The notes under the pieces were generated by a model. That model was not told the DNA's origin and searched no databases. It saw only the letters and a list, made by a program, of their open reading frames with translations. From positions 1-59,872 of IMG/VR virus record IMGVR_UViG_3300024231_000697: a DNA stretch of 59,872 nucleotides, one strand, 5' to 3'. A program made the position numbers and the translations under genes. Positions 57,536-59,872 of this stretch are shown piece after piece; positions within the stretch are counted from its first letter, which is position 1; every line of letters starts with the position of its first letter. This stretch comes from a virus. Lineage: Duplodnaviria > Caudoviricetes.

Positions 57536-58801
57536 TTATTTGTCCTCTTTATATGGGGCAAGCTCTGGTACTGCCGCAAATGTATCTGTCTTACGAAGCC
57601 TATCTAAGTCTCGTGTATATTGTAGGAAATGTTTCCAACGCTTTTTTTGTTCTACTGGATCTACTTCTCTTTTTAATCCATTTCTAATATCAGCAACACC
57701 TGTTTGGTATTCAAACATATCTACGTGATGGCTATCTAATGGCCAAATAGTTGATGTTGGAATATTTTCCATTTTCTTTAATGCTTGTTGTTTTAACTCT
57801 AGTGGAAGGTTTGCAATATTTAAATATGCTGGACTTACAACAACATTTGTCATTGCAATACTAGCACGTTTTCTATGGTGCTTGGCAAACCAGTCCCATA
57901 TTTTATCTAGTTCAAAAACATTAGTAGACATTACTGTCACTGCAAAAACAACCTCAACATTATCCATTTCATAAAACTGGTCAATGTTCTTGTTAAGGTC
58001 TTCCCATGTGTATTTACCACCGCGAATAATACTGTAAAGTTCATCTACTGCTTCAATACTAATCAATAGTTCTACGTGTTTAAATTCTGCAAATATATCT
58101 TTAAACTTTTGTTCAACTACGGTAGCATTTGTACTAATATCTAAACTAACATTGGCAGCTAGTCCTGCATCTACAAACCATTTAAGTACACTATAGCAAT
58201 GTTCGTCATACAATGGTTCACCGCCACGCAATGCAACTACTTCTAAATTTCTAAAATACTCTGGGTTGGCAAATAAATTATCCATAAAGGTTAAATCATC
58301 TACGCCATTATAGCCTGTTTGTGTTTCTGTCCAATATTCAGGATTTTCCTTATTAAGTGCTTTGCCGTCTTTTTTCCAACTTGTACTAACAAACGGATTG
58401 CAATGTATACATGCTAGGTTACATTTGTTGCTTAGTGTAAAATCCAAGTAACGAATATCTGGTTCCATGTCTGCACTATGCCATTCACTTTCAACACGCA
58501 ATTCATAATCCATTTTGTCCCAAAAGAACATACGTCTGCTACGTCCACTTTTTTCTTTTTTAGCACAATTCATACATGCTGGTGGAATAATTCTATTACG
58601 ATGATCTTCTCTTAGTTTTTTAAATGCATCACCATGCCAAATTTCAGCAAGGGTTTGATCATTAATATTTCCAAGCCTATCCTTATAAATGATGTCTGGT
58701 ACAACAGTGCCTCCCCATTTAATAGTGAGTGCATGCCAAGGTGCCATACAAGTTGGATACTTTTTATCATCTAAAAATCTATTTCTATATTCTTTTTTCA
58801 T
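57536..58801 (-). CDS. Radical SAM protein type A
   Basis: CMAPW...CMNC then CNLACIHC, RGGEP, STN. Confidence 0.9.
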   Translation of the reverse strand: MKKEYRNRFLDDKKYPTCMAPWHALTIKWGGTVVPDIIYKDRLGNINDQTLAEIWHGDAFKKLREDHRNRIIPPACMNCAKKEKSGRSRRMFFWDKMDYELRVESEWHSADMEPDIRYLDFTLSNKCNLACIHCNPFVSTSWKKDGKALNKENPEYWTETQTGYNGVDDLTFMDNLFANPEYFRNLEVVALRGGEPLYDEHCYSVLKWFVDAGLAANVSLDISTNATVVEQKFKDIFAEFKHVELLISIEAVDELYSIIRGGKYTWEDLNKNIDQFYEMDNVEVVFAVTVMSTNVFELDKIWDWFAKHHRKRASIAMTNVVVSPAYLNIANLPLELKQQALKKMENIPTSTIWPLDSHHVDMFEYQTGVADIRNGLKREVDPVEQKKRWKHFLQYTRDLDRLRKTDTFAAVPELAPYKEDK

Positions 58802-59844
58802 TTACAAATTCCACATATATCTCTACACTGTTTCCAGCTCGCATTTTTTACTGCTCTCTTTAGGTCAGTAGTAAACCATTCATTATTTAATACTTCAGAT
58901 AAACTATATTTTTTCAAATCATTTTCTTCTCTTGCTTCAAAAAAGCTATCATCAACCATTAAATTTAAGTCATGGTTTTCAATTGGTACACCATATAAAC
59001 TAAGATGACAACAAGGCCAAACTGTTCCCCAAGGATCAATTTGTATTTTTCTATCACTATACCAAGGACACTTATGATCCTTTTGATTGTCCATAATTTC
59101 GTCAGTGGTTTCCAAGAAAACATTTCTATCACGTAAGTCACTTATTGGTCTGTCTTCTCTATCGTTCCAGTTTACTTGATACTCGTCAATATCATAATGT
59201 CCACTAATTTCATAATTTCCATCTACTGTAACAATATTCATATGGTCACCATGACTATGTCTTAATGCAAATTGCACACACCCATTCTCATATGCCAGAT
59301 TTTCAACTTCTTTTATCTGATGCTTGTTGTGTTCAAACAATGTCATAGTATAACATGCTCTGCCGCCGCCTGCAATAAAAGCTTTACTATTTCTAATAAT
59401 TTTTTCCCATTCAGTCTTGCGCCTGTATAGAGAGTGTGTATCGCTCATTCCATCAACTGCAAACTTAACTGCATGATTGGTAAACTTTCTGCATATCTTG
59501 CCTAATGAATTCCAAAACTTTTCAGTTCTCATTGCTCCATTAGTGTGTATATACAAAGCAGTTTCAGGATGATAAGCACAATATATTTCTAGCATTTCCA
59601 CCATTTTTGGGTGCATCATTGGATCACCCCAATTACCATTTAAGCTAAGTTCAACAATATACCATCCTCTGGTATCCTCACTACATAATCGTGTCCATAC
59701 CTCCATGTCAAAATGTTCGAGAACCAGTTCTTGTTTAACCTCGTCACCATCTACATTTCTCACACAGGCACCACATCTAGCATTACAATAACTAGTTAAG
59801 TCAACTTGCAAATTATTAACAACTCTAGCCCAATCCATATTCAT
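58798..59844 (-). CDS. Radical SAM protein type B
   Basis: CNARCGAC, NGNWGDPMMHP, HTNG, VDG; C-terminal CPW..VWPCC...CRDICG. Confidence 0.9.
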   Translation of the reverse strand: MNMDWARVVNNLQVDLTSYCNARCGACVRNVDGDEVKQELVLEHFDMEVWTRLCSEDTRGWYIVELSLNGNWGDPMMHPKMVEMLEIYCAYHPETALYIHTNGAMRTEKFWNSLGKICRKFTNHAVKFAVDGMSDTHSLYRRKTEWEKIIRNSKAFIAGGGRACYTMTLFEHNKHQIKEVENLAYENGCVQFALRHSHGDHMNIVTVDGNYEISGHYDIDEYQVNWNDREDRPISDLRDRNVFLETTDEIMDNQKDHKCPWYSDRKIQIDPWGTVWPCCHLSLYGVPIENHDLNLMVDDSFFEAREENDLKKYSLSEVLNNEWFTTDLKRAVKNASWKQCRDICGICK

Positions 59845-59872
59845 TATATTAATCCTCGACTACTGATTTTAT

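Noticed and set aside
733-58871. Numerous 60-176 aa antisense or alternate-frame ORFs in the track (e.g. 9061-9459, 48782-49312, 49826-50338)
   Set aside because: Fully nested in well-supported genes, no recognisable motifs or RBS; shadow ORFs
1-59872. Stop-codon reassignment, tRNA or rRNA genes
   Set aside because: Genes are full length and tightly packed under the standard code with TAA, TAG and TGA all used as stops; no cloverleaf/T-loop pattern noticed in the short intergenic gaps (tRNAscan would be decisive)
1-59872. Bacterial chromosome or prophage origin
   Set aside because: PolB plus RFC-type loader, T4-type late motifs, early-gene islands and incomplete metabolic operons indicate a large lytic phage; no ribosomal or integration genes seen

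Overview
AT-rich, gene-dense, standard-code segment of a large T4-like (jumbo-type) dsDNA phage, probably infecting an alphaproteobacterium (inference from FdxA, Prs and promoter style). Bases 1-44440 are read on +, and 44437-59844 on -. Core phage functions include PolB, an RFC/gp44-like clamp loader subunit, a DsbA/GapR-like DNA-binding protein, a GH19 endolysin, a SleB-type hydrolase, DHFR, ThyA, Prs, Apt, a MazG-like enzyme, GroES, ClpP and HtrA. Two islands of small early-type genes (about 10.2-14.6 kb and 33.0-35 kb) sit behind a repeated hairpin-plus-promoter cassette. The most striking content is 13 radical SAM loci (CxxxCxxC) in recurrent architectures. They are interleaved with a PLP enzyme, a 2OG-Fe(II) hydroxylase, nitroreductases, GT-like and sulfotransferase-like proteins, and sugar-nucleotide enzymes. 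They come with a phage-encoded iron/Fe-S supply set (FTR1-like permease, FdxA, SufT/DUF59, IscA, ABM protein). Also present are a MotA/ExbB-ExbD-like three-gene membrane module, a stand-alone DnaE fragment, and two QueC-like genes plus QueD. All assignments come from motif recognition by eye; no database searches were run. No tRNA, rRNA, CRISPR array or integrase was recognised.
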